From assembly GCF_009914755.1 (NCBI RefSeq), contig NC_060928.1: a DNA stretch of 64,000 bases; one strand, given 5' to 3'. Shown here in pieces: positions 44,130-57,660 of the stretch (position 1 is the stretch's first letter; each line of letters opens with the position of its first letter). The notes under the pieces were generated by a model. That model made no database searches and had not been told where the DNA came from. It saw only the letters and a program-made list of their open reading frames with translations. Origin of the DNA: the human T2T-CHM13v2.0 reference genome, Homo sapiens. Position numbers and translations under genes: made by a program.

Positions 44130-45230
44130 CCAAGTTAATGCATCCATCCTTTCATCAGCCACAGGAGGTGAATAATGGCATTACTCCATCTCTGTTTCAC
44201 TGATGGAGAAGTTGAGGTGTACAGGTGAGGCAACTTGCCAAACCCCACATAATTCTCTAGAGGTTTTGCAGGGACTTGAATCCAGGCTAACTGGATCCAG
44301 AGTGCAGGAGCTCTTAACCACCATGCTACGCTGACTCCCCTTTCTGAGTTAGTTATTTTCAAAATGTCACATTTGTAGTTTCCATTTTCTTGTCTCTATA
44401 TTAAGTGTATATTATTATGAATGTATAATTAAATTTTTAGAAATATCCTTGTAGCTATTTATCACTTCCTAACAAACTACCCTCAATCATGGGGACTTTG
44501 AAAAACAATTAGCATTTTATTACAATTTCCATAGCATGAGTGTTGGGTAGGTTCAGCAAGATGGTTCATACACAGTATTTCTCAGGTCATTACTTTAATA
44601 GGGTGGCTGGGGATGTAATCATCTGAAGGTCATTCATTCACGTACTTGGTGATGGATGTCAAAAGACTCAAATTCCTGTGGGACTGAATAATCATGACTA
44701 CTTAGTCTCTTCTTTGCATCATTCCCCGAGTTGTCATTTATCATCAGGACTTTGGGTGTAACACTGGGCTCCAAAGTATATAGAGGGAGAAAAAGGGAAA
44801 GAGGGAGGAGAGAGAGAGAGAGAGAAAGAGGTATAAGTAAAAGACATAGACAGACAGACAAACGGAGACAGACTGCCTTTTCTAACACAGTCTTCAAAAC
44901 TATGCTGTCACTTCCAGTATACTTTCTTTGCTGAGAAAGCCACGAGTCTTGCCAAAATTCAAGGGGAGGGACCACGGTTTGATAAGAATGTCAAAGTGTT
45001 TGCAGTGATGTCTCAAAATTCCACAAATATAACCTATTGAGTTAGTCAACAGAAGCCTCTAAGCAACTATGAAATTCATTACATATGGACATTAAAAACA
45101 CAATAAAATCCTAAAAAGTGTGAATTTATATTTTTTACAACTACTGAAACATTAAGCATTTTAAAATATTTACTCATAGATTTTTATATATGAAATAGGT
45201 GTCCTAAAAACTAGCCTCAAATAAATTAAA
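44130..45230. repeat. Ancient duplicated block (MIR + MLT1-like + unique flanks), paralog of 58480-59540
   Basis: Shared order and text that extend beyond the MIR: ctggatccagagtgc..gctcttaaccacca.g.ta.gctgactc..tattttcaaaat..aatgtataatt.aa..ttagaa. Confidence 0.75.
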
Positions 45231-47239
45231 AAATGTAGTATAATGAGGTGATCATAAGTGACTCAACTTTTCCCACTTCTGCTCCAGACACATACACATG
45301 CATAAGAAAAAATGATGTTGAACAACATATACAGCCTAGTATAAAATGAAAGAAGGATGTCCACCAATTGTTAAAATTGGAGGGAATTCTCTGAATACAT
45401 GCTTATGAGAACTATGAGAAAGTGACTTTTGGGAGGAAACCAAATGAGACATAGTACCTAAGTAAGGAACAAAAATTTACAGAGAGCAGTGACTTTTGTT
45501 AAAAAAAAAATAATAAAATATGTGTGGAACTGTAGATGTCCCTAGCCTGCAGGAGAGGAAATTTTAAATATTGTGAAGGGATGCTCTCAAAATACACAAT
45601 AAATATGAGCGATAGTGCAGAAATCAACACCTGTTGAATATTTCCCCAAGAAAACCACATGAGGAAATAACCAGTTTTACACAGTTGGAAGATTTTTACC
45701 TAAGGATTGTAGGTAGAGGAAACAATCAGAATGAGACTTTGATTTTTGATTTATATATTTATTCCTTTAAGATAAAAGCTCTCTTGTTTCTAGTGGATTT
45801 CTTGGTCTTATCTACAAGTTGTATGCTTTGTTAAAGCATTTATGACCTGATTCAATGTGTTTGTCTCAATTTTTATTTCATTCTGTCCTGCCTCTTTCAA
45901 CCTGTATGTCCTCATTATGATTGACTAATCCAACAGCAAAGTTTACCTTATCTGACTAAAGATTATTCGTTAATTTTTACTTGTTTATCTGACCTTTAAT
46001 TATCTTTTTTTTTTTTTGGCAATCACTCTGAGCCACTGTTATGATGAGTCAATGTTCTAGTTCTTTTATGAAGAGCAAATTCATCCTTAATAAAGTCTCT
46101 ATACCAAAGAAGAAGCTATAGAAAAACATCCTTGAAAAAATCAGTGCAGTATGTGAACAAAATTTTCACTGGATCATAAACCCAAAAAGTGATTCATCAG
46201 ATTAATATTTGGGAACTTACAGTGAAATCAATGATACATCTCAATATGCTTGGAATTAAAGAAAGCTAATTTCCATCATAGGTAAAGCACCAAATAACTG
46301 GCTACTCCAGTGTTGATTTGTTGGGAGTATGAATAGAGTGGCAATAGGTGAAGGATACACATGGGCCCAGCACAACGAGACTCCCTCTAACCAAGTCTGA
46401 GGATGCTACTACCGAAATAACAAATCCAACCTGCTAGTATCTCAATGCTTACTATACATTTGGACATTAGGGAAGTGACCACCAGTGGGGTGGTAAACCC
46501 AGTGGGACAACTCTAAGCTCATCTTTCTCAGAACCTCTACATGCCCCCACTTTCAAAAATGTTATTTTCAAAAGAAAGCCATGTCTCCTACTCATCCGAA
46601 TTTTACCAAGATTCAGTGTCCAAAGGAACAACAACTTTTAGAATGATAACAAATGAGAAATTTGAAATTTTATGCTTTACTATTTTTCAGTTTATTGTTC
46701 CTTGGGTGCAAATATAGCTTTATGATACTGAATCAGGATCCTGTAAACATTCTTCCTTTGCCAGCTAGATGAATGCTAAGCTTCATCAATAGAGAACACT
46801 GGAGTGGTTGTGAGGTGGTAGATGCCAGAAGACACGTCCCCTCCAAGACGCTACTCTTTACTGTTATTTAGTAATTTTTACAATTATTATTGGGTTTTAA
46901 GGATTTGTATGTTAAAGAATATATTTAAGAATATTAAAGACTATACTTAAAGAATATAAGAAGGAAACTTCTAATTATCACATTTGTTTTATCTTATAAA
47001 AAACATTACATTTTGCATAGATATTAATTCAGAAAACTCCTATATAAAACACTTGTCCTTGACATCGATAGACTCAGCTTCATATGTTATTTTCATGACT
47101 AAATTCACAATTATTTCATTTTTGTCTTCAACTTCTGTGGTGCTTGCATATTTCAGTCCTTAAGGAGCATATTCAAAATTTTATAGAAAAAGATGAAGGA
47201 TGAAGAATGTTATTTCAATTCAATGATTCCATGTGACTA

Positions 47240-50015
47240 CTTAGAGTTTCTTTGTTTAATTTTTTTTAACTGCTGAGATATTTAAAATCTTGTAGAATCA
47301 ATCTCAAAGAAACAGACACATTCACAATATTGACATTTTTGGAATTTAATATACTATGTGATTTTAGGAGTCTCTATAAAGTAAATCTTCATATTCACAT
47401 ACTTTCCTAACTGTGTGTGTACATAGTACTTTATATGAAAAGACTTCTCAAAATTAAAACAAATGAAAGTATTCTTTGATAACTCATGAATAGACATAGA
47501 TTTTTGTATCTGGCTCTATGGTCTAAGAATTGCAAAGAAGATCTATTTTGGCAAGGTCCTTGGTACACTTTCAGAAGTTGTTTCATTAAGAAAATATAAA
47601 TAGACTAAAATTTAACTTGTGTAGTACAGGTTGAGCTTCATTATTTCTGCATACTAATATTTATCTATAAGGTTTTCCCTCTTTTATAAAGAAGACATTA
47701 CTATAAAAAGCACTAATACATTACACTTTTTTTCTTGTACTTTGGTATTTTTTTCTTTCTAGTGGCATGACTATATGTTCAAAGTTTAAGTGAAATATTT
47801 AGTGTATATTTCTTTTCTAGACATTATAATAATTCATCTTATTAGCAATTATTGCTACAATATTTTCTCATAGAGAAGAGTACTATAAAAATCTATTTCA
47901 TGTGTGAGAAATAATCATTATGTCTCTCTTTCATTCAACTGTTTTAGACACATCTCTTGTCAGATGGAAGAATTGCTCTTAAGTTGGTTCCCTTCTTCTC
48001 TCTTATTTGCTTTTCAAACCTTGTTCTGAGTCCAAAGGCTGTAATGAACAATAATTTAACGCAGGTATTGGAGAGCTTTTGCCATTTATCATGTTTTCTC
48101 CAGCATGGACTTTAAAAATTGTTGCACAGAATATTTGACTCTTTATTCCACCTACAATTTATTTTTCAATATGTTATGAGGAGAGAATAACTAAAATAAT
48201 TATATACATTTCTGGTTTGTATATCCTCAGTACTCCAGGTATTAAAGTAGGTGGAAATATCACACTTGACAAGGTAAGGGCAAGAAATGTGAGATCTTAT
48301 TGCAAGAGAGAAATCCATGTAACATAATCTAGAGGGACTGGACTACATATCTATAATTCCGAACTAAAGGAAACTAGTCTCTTCTTTTATTTTGTGTATT
48401 ACTATCCAATTACAAATGGTCATTACTAAAGCAAAATAGTAACTCAAGTGTATTCAAGGCCTCATGTGGAAAACATCTTTAGTCATTCTAACCAAAGATT
48501 TTACTAGGTTGCATAGTTTTACATAGGAAGCCAGTTATAAACATCTAGAGTTTTGAAACAAAGAAATTTTTATGAGAAAACATTTTGTATTTCATGAACG
48601 ATATTATTTGGAAACTTCCATGTAACAGGAAGAATCTGCCTAAACACCATGCTAAGAGACTTAGCCAAGTTTAGTCCAGCTTATATGTGCACTATGTCAT
48701 GGATTTGTCCTGGAAGGTGACCCTAGCCTTCATGCTGAGGCTTTGCTCAATAAAATGTGACGCTGCCAAATTCCAAAATTACCCTAACTAATCTTGTCTA
48801 ATAATCAATCATTTTACACTTAATTTTTATGTAATTTTCTACTTCCATATAGCCCACTACTCTCTTTTTGGTTTCCTTATTTTGATTTCCTCATATTCCC
48901 TTTTTATTCATAAACAGATTTTCTTTAAAAGTCTCAGTTACCTTTGTCTTAGTTGGAGTTAAGCTCAGTTCATACTGTAGTCTCTATCCCCTTCTTCAGT
49001 TGTCAAAATAAAATTTGTCTTGCAATTTTTAACAAGGATCTTGCTCTGTTTTTCTTTTTCGTTTTCTTTTTCTTTTTTCTGACAGGGACACATATATTCC
49101 ATATGAATGTATTTGTTTATATAGAAGAGGGTTCTTTACCTATGTAACAAACATGCGCATCCTGCACATGTACTTCTGAACTTGAAATAAAAGTTGAAAT
49201 AAAACAATAAAAATATGATATGTATTTATTATATATAATATATAAATATATAAATGTATTATATTCTATAAAAATATATACATATATATAAGAAGAAGTT
49301 TCTTAAAATGCACAGTAAAGCAAGTCTTTCTGGCCTTCTCAAGTAAACAGACTGAATTTCCAGTGAAACTCATTTTATTTTCAGCTGAAAAATATACACA
49401 GATAAGCATTAAAATTGAATTATTATAGGTTTTCTGAAAATAAAATTTTACAATACTTATGTTTAACAAAGATTAAAAAATTCAAACAAATCAGGAAGGC
49501 ACAGGTCTTGTAAAATGTAATAAAGAATTTAGTCCATACCTTGATGCATAGTGGTGGCATTAAATGGCACAATTTTTGGTATCATGCCTGCCTGCCTTAG
49601 ATCTCAAACAGACCTACTCTCTTTTCCTTCTTTCTCATCTTAACAAACTTTTGATAATCAAGCATCATAGTATGACAAAGAGAGTAACAAGAGCTGTGCA
49701 GGCCAGCACATCCAGAGAGCAGTACTGAAACCAGGTGAGCTTGTGGGCAGGTGGCAGCAGGTACTTGGCTCCATTGTGGTGCATGACAAATTCAATCCAG
49801 AAGAGTTTTTGGTCCAAGGGCTTCAGAGACTGATCATAATAAATGATTGATAACTACATAACATTCTCTTTACAGCTAAAGGAAAATCAAATAGACACCA
49901 GCTTGATTAATGAACCAGAAAAGATAAATATGTGAACTTTTTGTGTAGATGTTAAAAATGAGTGCCACATAAAAGTGGATGAAAAATAAAATATTTTATT
50001 TCATGGTGGTTATAG
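47240..50015. repeat. Segmental duplication, copy C (paralog of 24290-27010)
   Basis: Colinear with copy B; the similarity stops abruptly at tggtggttatag, where proviral sequence begins. Confidence 0.95.
49614..49875 (-). pseudogene. Divergent UGT2 exon 6 (copy C)
   Basis: Acceptor TTTGATTTTCCTTTAG|C, then [84 protein letters not shown]. Same IGFL deletion as copy B. Confidence 0.92.
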
Positions 50016-53000
50016 CAATATAATGAATAATACAAAGAAGATTACTGGGACTAAGACTTCTGGCCACATTTGCTCATCTGATGATGATTCTTCAAGCTTC
50101 AGCCATGCACAGACTAGTCAGCTCCCAGTGTGACTAGAGCAGGGCTTGCTGTTTCCTCAACCTTCTTCCGTGCATAGACGGGTCAGCTTCCGGAGTGACC
50201 AGAATAGGGCTGTTGTCATCTCCACTGGCAACGTGGTCTCATTGCATGATCAGCCAGGTCAGATGGTCTGGGTCCTACTGGCTGGTCCACTGGTCCTGGG
50301 CTGCCGGTTTCAGCCAACTGTGGTGGATCCAAGGTATGATACCTGCAACAGCAGTGGGAGTGGACAAGACCACAGTATGGGGCCCATCCCATATGGGTCC
50401 CAGAGTAGGTGGATTCTATTTCCTAACCTAAAAAGAGTCTTCAGGTTTGAAAGGGTGTACTGGGTCTGTCAGACTTATAGGCATTCTTTCCTGTGTTCAG
50501 CCATTCACTTTTTGCATGGCCATACCTAAAGCCTGCATTTGTCTTCTTAAAGTTAGTTTTTGTAGCTCACGGAGATTACCTTTAATCTGCCTTATGATTG
50601 GGGGTGGCCAGCCAAACAAAATCTCACAGGGCAAGTACCCAGTTTGTTTTTTTTTGTGGGGGTGCACCTGACTCGGGGGAAGACCATGGATAAGACCTGA
50701 TCCCACCTCAGATGAGATTCCTGACCAAATTTCTTCAGCAGCTGCTTGAGTGTCCGGTTCATGTGCTCCATCTTTTCTGAGCTCTGTGGCTGGTAGGCCG
50801 TGTGCAACTTCCATTTTATCTTTAATAGTCAAGTTAAGTCCTGAACTATTTCAGCCACAAATGCCAGTCCATTATCTGACCCCAGATTTAGGAGCAGTCC
50901 AAATCTGGGAATAATGCCTCCCTTGGTCACCTCTTGTGCTTTTTATGTCTAGGTGGGGAAGACCTTGACCCATCCTGAAAAGGTGCAGACAAGCACCAAC
51001 ATGTACTGATAGCCCCCTGCTCAGGGCAGTTTGGTGAAGTCCAAAAGCAGGTTATCACAGGGCATGGCCACTGTTTTCTGAATTCCCCGGGGGCCAAGTA
51101 GGCCCTTGTCGAGGGTTGCTCTGAGTACAAGTTAAACACTGTTTACAAACGGCTTGAGTAATAGCAGTGAGCTGTGGCACATAGAAATGATGCCCTAATA
51201 ATGTCTCTAGTGCCATTTTTCCCATGTGAGTTCCTTGGTGGAACTGTTTTACAAATCTGGGGGCCAACATTTCAAGTATGGCTAGCTTCCCATTGGAGAA
51301 TTTCCATCATCCTCCTTCAACGTAATTCCCATTTTCCTGGGTAAACCAAGCCCTTTCATTTGAGTGTAGCTTGGGGTCTCTGGAAGGGGAATCTCTGGGA
51401 GGAGAGTCATAGCTAAGGCTTCTTGTTTAGAAGGTGGAGTCGCCATTGCAGCTTGCTTTGCCTCTTTGTCTGTCTTTCTGCTTCCTTTAGCCTCTAATGT
51501 TCCTGCCTTTTGCCTACATTGCATTACTGCTACCTGTTTGGGGGCTTATACAGTGTCTCAGAGTCATAGAATTTCTTCCTTGTACTTTATTTCTTTACCT
51601 CCAGCAGTTAAGAGTTCTTTTTCTTTGTAAATAGCCCCATGAACATGCAAAGTGGCAAAAGCATATTTGGAGTCTCTGTAAAGATTTGCCTTCTGGACTT
51701 TTGCTAACTGGAGAGCTCTTGTCAGAGCTATCAGCTCTGCTTTCTGAGGGGAAGATCCTGTAGGCAAAGACTTCGCCTCCACTACTGAGTCCAAAGTCAC
51801 CACTGCATACCCAGCTTGGCGGACACCCTCTAGTATGAAGCTGCTCCCATCAGTAAAATATCCAATGTCGGGGTCCCCGAGGGGCTGATCTGTCAAATCT
51901 CTCTGGCTTAAGAACACTTCACCTACCACATCCACACAGCATTGAAGGGGGCTTCCTGGCATTGACTCAATGGTAAGCAAGGTAGCTGGGTTTAGGGTAT
52001 TCACAGTCTAAAATTATGCAGAGATTTTCACATAGGAGCCCTTGGTATCGAGTTATTCTAGGATTTGATAACCAATGGTGCCCCCTTTGGTCCATCAAAG
52101 TTACAACCGAGTGTGGTACCTGGATCGTCATTTGCTGTCCTAAAGTCAGTTTATTAGCTTTCTGTCCCAGCAGAGCAGTGGCAGCTAATGCCTTAAAACT
52201 AGGAGGCCATCCAAGTGCCACAGAATCTAATTGCCTGGATAAGTACGTCGCTGGGCAGTGCCATGATCCTATGGATTTAGTTAGAACTCCTATGGCCATT
52301 CCCTTTTGCTCGTGGACATATAAAAAGAAAGGCTTCGTTAGATCTGTCAGTCCTAAAGCTGGGACCAGAGTCAAGGCTTCTTTGATTTCCTTAAAGGCCT
52401 TCTCCTGGTTGGCCTCCCAGAGGATGGTCTCCTTTTCCCCCACTTTGTGGTTTCATATAATAGCTTAGCCATGAGTGAGAAATTTGGGATCCAGATGTGG
52501 CAGAGCCCTGCTACCCCTAGGAACTCTCTTATTTGTCACCAGGTGGTTGGAGTAGGAAGTGCACAAACCACCTGCTTCCATTCACAACCAAGCCATCTTT
52601 TCCCTTAGCTTATATAGAAGCCTAAATATTGGAAACTTTCAAAGCAAATTTGAGCCTTTTTCCCTGACACTTTATATCCTGCCTTCCATAGCAGGTGCAG
52701 GAGGTCTTGGGTCCCTTGGAAGCAGTCCTCTTGAGTTGGGGCTGCTAGAAGAAGATCATCAATGTACTGGAGCAAGACACAGTAACTATTCGGTGGGGTG
52801 TAGACTTTAAGATCTGAGGCCAGTGCCTCTTCAAAGATTGTAGTGGAGTTTTTAAATCCTTGTGGGAATCTTGTCCAAGTGTACTGTGATTTACCCCCAT
52901 TGAAAAACAAAACTAGCCTGACTAATTGGTGCAAACTGGAGACAGAAAAATGCATTCTTTAAATCTAGGACTGTAAATCAAGTGGCACTTGCTGGAATAT

Positions 53001-56000
53001 GTCCCATTAAGGTATGCAGGTTTGACACCACTGGGTGGATGGTCACTGTGGCCTGGTTTTCTGAATGCAAATCCTGTACTGGCCTATATTCCCCAGACGG
53101 CTTCCGCACTGGCAAGAGAATGTTGTTCCATGGTGACTGGCATTTGGCTATGATTCCATGCTTATGAAGCCACTCTAAATGTTTGTGGACACCCCGTATG
53201 TCCTCAGGGAGTAGCGAGTACTGTCGGACCCGAACCGGAGTTTCTCCCAGTTTTAACTCTACCACCACCGGTGCCTGATTTACGCTGGCACCAGTCCAGG
53301 TGGATTACTTTCAGCCCAAACTCTGGGAATTTTAGTAAGTAACCCATGCATTTCATTTACTCCTGGTTCCGGAGTCTTTTTTGCATAGTCTCCATTTCTC
53401 AGCCTGCAGGACAGTGAGGGTTAACATCATAGCCTCTGGGCAAACTACGTTTAAAGTTACATTCCCTTGCGGCCCAAATGTAATCTGTGCCTGCAGTTTT
53501 TGAAGTAGGTCTCTTCCCAGCAAAGAAACTGGACAATTTAGGAGGTATAGGAATTCATTTTGGACTTCTCATCCTCCTATAACACACCTCTTTGACCGAC
53601 AGGCCACTTTTCAGAGACTCCAGTGGCTCCTACAATAGTTGCACAGTTCTTGGATTGTGGCTCTATAGGTCAGGTCACTACTAAGTGTTTAGTTCTGGTG
53701 TCTACCGTAAAGTCCATTAGCTGGCCTCTAACTTCTAATCTGACCATGGGCTCCTCGGGTCCCAAAGAGAAGCAGCCTGGTCTGTCCTACCCTCATATCC
53801 TTCAGCCCCTGCCAGTCCAATCAGATCGATGTCTGGTTCCTCCCTGGTGTGGCAGCCACCAGTAGGTGGCCTTCCTATACTACTGCCCTGGGGTCTCTTT
53901 TCCCTCCAGTGGTTCTTGCAAAATTGGTTTTTCCTGTGGCTTTCTTTTTGTCTCTGTGTTTGCCGGAGAAGCTTTCACTTTTTGCTCAGCTCAACCTACA
54001 AGCTCCTGTGACTTTCCCTTTAACTCTGTGTTTACAGGCGAAGCTTTCACTTTGTCTTTGCAGCTGCCAGCACAGGTGATTTCTCTCAGCTCGACCTGCG
54101 AGTATCCTGCAATAAGCTGCTAAACAGGGCTGCATTCAGCCATGAGTTAACATAAGGAAATTTGGTCTGAATGCCCTGACTGTCCTCCTTGTTATTATTC
54201 TCTGGACACTCATCCTTCCAGTGTCCTTTTCTTTTGCACCGCTCACACTGATCTCTTTCCAGCCTCGGCTGGCCCTCAAATCCCTGTCCAGACTGGCCTC
54301 TTCCATGCCCATGTCCATACCCACATCCATGAGGGATGCTGCCAGCAAATCAGCCTTTTTCTCAAGCCTTCTATTAGCCTCCCTCTTTGCCTCCTGATCT
54401 TGGTTAATGTACACCTTCGTGGCCACTTCAATAAGCTGAGTAGCATTCATCCCTTTAAAACCTTCCATTTTCTGCAATTTTCACTGGATATCCCCCTGGG
54501 CCTGCTCTACAAATGCCATGTTCATCATGCACTGGCCTCACCAAGTCTTTTATAAAAATGGCTGGGGCTTTCATCTGCACCCTGATGCCCCTCTGAGATT
54601 TTTCCTATATTGATTGCCTGTCTCCCGCCTTCCCTTAAATTTTGCAGGAGTGCCTCTTGGTATCTTGGCAGCTGCTATAGTTGGGCTGCCTCATTCCTTT
54701 GGGTTCTAGTGGGGGTCCTCTAGTTTCCAGGAGAGGCATTTGCATAGCCCTAACACAACCTGACTGGAGGTGGCTTGCCTGTTTTTCCTAGCATTTCACC
54801 TTAACTTCCTGGAGTGAGGGCTCAGATTTTTCCCTCTCAAGAGAGACTGGGGGCATGTATCCATTTGAGCTTGACTCCTCAGAGGCAGTTAACCTGGGGA
54901 AAGCGGGGGTAGATTGGAACATATGGAGGAGGGGTCTCTTTTCCCTCCAGTGGTTCTTGAAAAACTGGTTTTTCCTGTGGCTTTCTTTTTGTCTCTGTTT
55001 GCTCACGCTACAAGCTCCTGTGACTTTCCCTTTAACTCTGTTTACAGGCGAAGCTTTCACTTTGTCTTTGTAGCTGGCAGCACAATTGATTTCTCTTGGC
55101 TTGAGCTGTGAGCATTCTTCAATAAGCTGCTAAACAGGGCTGCATTCAGCCATGAGTTAATATAAGGAAATTTGGTCTGAATTATCTGACTGTCCTCCAA
55201 CTCAGGTCACCACCTTAAACACACGGCCAATTTTCTCCCTATCTGTAGCACATTTGGCAGGCCAGCCAACACCAAAAAAGGGCTATTCTAATTCACAGAG
55301 AGCTCTCAGCATCTGAGGGGTTAACTTGACTCCCTCAACCCCTGCAAAGCCTTTCTTAAAGTTCTTTAACATACATTCCAATGGGGTGGGTTTCCACGAT
55401 TTTCCTCCCATTTCCTCCCAGTTATGATGCAGCACATTCACCTTTCCTTTTGTTTTAGACCGATTGGACCCGGTTGGTCCTACATTTTGCTCGGAGCGTA
55501 CAGCCTACACTAAGAGATCAGCAGCTCCACACATGTCATTCCCGTTGGTTCCTCCCAGAACTGTCTCTTTCACACGCACTCACACACTTCCCCGCTCCCA
55601 GTTCCCTATCCTGGTTGGGGCAGTGAACCGCTCTCACTGCATCCAGTTTCCTTCTGAACTAACTTAGCGAGCCACTCTCGCGTCCTGTGTTGGTTGGGGT
55701 GTGAGTTTCATCCAAATTTGTGAGCCACTCTCACCGCCCCCCAGCCTCTCTGTGTTGGATTAGTTGTCACTCCCTGGGAGGTGATCAGGCTCCCCTTCTG
55801 TCCTTATGGGATAGGTCCTGCCTTGGGCCCCAAAACTTTACCATGGTTCTGAAGAAAGGGCGCCATTCCTGGAACCGTCCTGCAACCCCTCCGGGTTCCC
55901 TTGTGCTGTCAGGGGAGGGGCACCGGGGACGCGGGAGAACAGCTCCTTTCTCTGGGCTTAAGTTCCCTTGATGGGTCCTGAAGTTAAGGGTCTCCCACAG

Positions 56001-56054
56001 CCGAGGCCCCAGACCGCCCACAGGCAAAGAAGCCAGCCAAGCTGCAGTCTCTCA

Positions 56055-56072
56055 GTCCCATGTGGGTCACCA
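56055..56072 (-). promoter_or_regulatory. Retroviral primer binding site, tRNA-Arg type
   Basis: TGGTGACCCACATGGGAC directly after the LTR end; 16/18 match to TGGCGACCCAGATGGGAC, the complement of the tRNA-Arg(CCG) 3' end as I recall it. Confidence 0.7.
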
Positions 56073-56074
56073 GG

Positions 56075-56764
56075 TGTGTAGCGGATCAGGAGGACCCGAG
56101 AGAGACCTTGGGGTATATAGAGGAGGATATCTTTATTGAGTACACTCAGACCCAACGGACTTACCATCCAAAGATGGGGCCCCCAACAAAGACAGCACTT
56201 GACTTTTATACACACTTTAAAAAAGGGGTGGGCTAACTTGGTGCAGGCTTACGGTGGCACGAAAGCAGGGATACAGAAGGAGAACAATTAATAAAATTGT
56301 GACAGGTTCATAACCCAGGATTACACATGACTATTGCTATGCAACCTAGATGACTGTTATCTAGGTTTTGCTCAAAAGAGCCTTGCACTGGTTTATCTTA
56401 TAACCTTCACTATGGTGCCCAGACAGCTGTAGTTCAGGCGTACTCAGACTTCTCAGGACCTTTGCTGTGCTTTTTAGATAAAGCAGAAATCTTGAGGTTA
56501 CTAGTTACAGAGAACAAGAATCTGTAAAGTCATACCATAAAACAGAGGAAAATTTGTTTTTCTTCTCCCTATGTTGAAGGAGTGCTGAGAGAGTCACCAG
56601 ACCACATTTCTTTGGTGTGTGTCCTGGCTTTTTAGATAGTATTAAGAATTTCCCTGGGTCTGGGCTGCACCCATTGCTGCCTCTGGGACTAGTTAGCCTA
56701 ATACAGGAAAGCCTATTTCTCTTTTTAATTTTATTTTTCTTTCTTTCTTTAATTTCCTGCCTCA
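56075..56764 (-). promoter_or_regulatory. 5' LTR of the provirus with TATA box (56204-56210) and AATAAA (56132-56137)
   Basis: TGAGGCAGGAAATT...GTGTATAAAAGTC...CTCAATAAAG...GATCCGCTACACA. Confidence 0.85.
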
Positions 56765-56881
56765 ATCTCAGTAAATTAAATTATCCTAAATGTTAACTTT
56801 TCAGGGAGAAAATTTTCACCCTTTAACTCTTTATAGAATTTAAGACTCTTAGTTTTCCAACATTATGGCACTGTATTTAAT

Positions 56882-57011
56882 ATTTTGTGGGATCTGGGCA
56901 AGGGCTGATGCAATCACATCAGCCTTTTCTTCTGTAATGTTATCAACCATCGATCCCAGACAAAACACTGCAATGCTATTTTCTCCAGAGCTCTGGGAAA
57001 ATGTCCATTTC
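56882..57011 (-). pseudogene. Degenerate UGT2 exon 3
   Basis: Acceptor TTCTTCATAG|GAA ATG, then [42 protein letters not shown] versus UGT2[45 protein letters not shown]. 130 bp (frameshifted); donor reads AT. Confidence 0.93.
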
Positions 57012-57149
57012 CTATGAAGAAAGAATTTGCTCCATCACAAAAGAGCAATAACACAGCAAACACTATTGAAAAGAATGCTATGAGCAAATAAGGATGAGAT
57101 ATCAAATATTAGCTGGAATTGCTGGAGTAGAAGCTATGATAAAACATAC

Positions 57150-57660
57150 ATAATATGAAATTTTCCAACTTAAGCACTTCTAAGTGTACACATAGTACTG
57201 CTAGGTACACAATCTTAAGCAACCAATCTCCAGAACTTTTTCTGCTTTAAAGTTAAAACTCTATGCTGATTAAACAACAACTTTTTATTTTATGGAGTCC
57301 TTTTCACGTGGTAGCCACCATTCTACTTTCTTTTCTTTTCTTTTTTTTTTTAATGAATTTGACTAGTTTAGATACCTTATAAAGAGGAATTACAGTGTTT
57401 GTCTTTTTGTGACTTATTAACTTAGCCTAATGATACCAAGTTTCATCCACATTGTAGCATAAACCACATAGTGTCTGTCTGTTCATTCCTTGGTAGATGC
57501 TGGGATTGTACTGTTATGAATATGGATGCGCAAATATGCCTTTGAGAGCCTGATTTTAATTCTTATGGATAAATATCCAGAAGGGGGATTGCTGCATCAT
57601 ATGGTAATCTTACGTTAAATTTTTTGAGAAACTTCCATACTGTTTTCAATAGGACCAATT
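57150..57660 (-). mobile_element. Old L1 (L1M) 3' fragment
   Basis: ggataaatatccagaagggggattgctgcatcatatggtaat..tttttgagaaacttccatactgttttc. Confidence 0.75.

Larger units (their letters stand above)
50013..56764 (-). mobile_element. Class I (gammaretrovirus-like) provirus, HERV3/HERV1-like: 5' LTR-PBS-gag-pro-pol-start of env; rest of env and 3' LTR missing
   Basis: gag ATG at 55411 (MGGKSWKPTPLECMLKNFKKGF); zinc knuckle CERCKRKGHWKDEC at 54206-54247; protease DFTVDTR; RT YTWTRFPQGFKNS..LLQYIDDLLLA; RNase H FTDGSSF; integrase HQGTHMGK..CKQC and AYQPQSSEKMEHMNRTLK. Many stops and frameshifts. Confidence 0.95.

Noticed and set aside
50013-55411. Provirus as a source of functional Gag, Pol or Env
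   Set aside because: Early stop in gag, a deletion in the capsid region, protease DTG changed to DTR, pol broken into short ORFs and env truncated, although YIDD and CCHC survive.
56055-56072. PBS as tRNA-Ile type
   Set aside because: Only about 12/18 match to the Ile PBS I recall, against 16/18 for Arg(CCG).
56914-57105. Minus-strand 63-aa ORF
   Set aside because: Wrong-frame read through the intron and the exon 3 remnant; the UGT similarity is in another frame.
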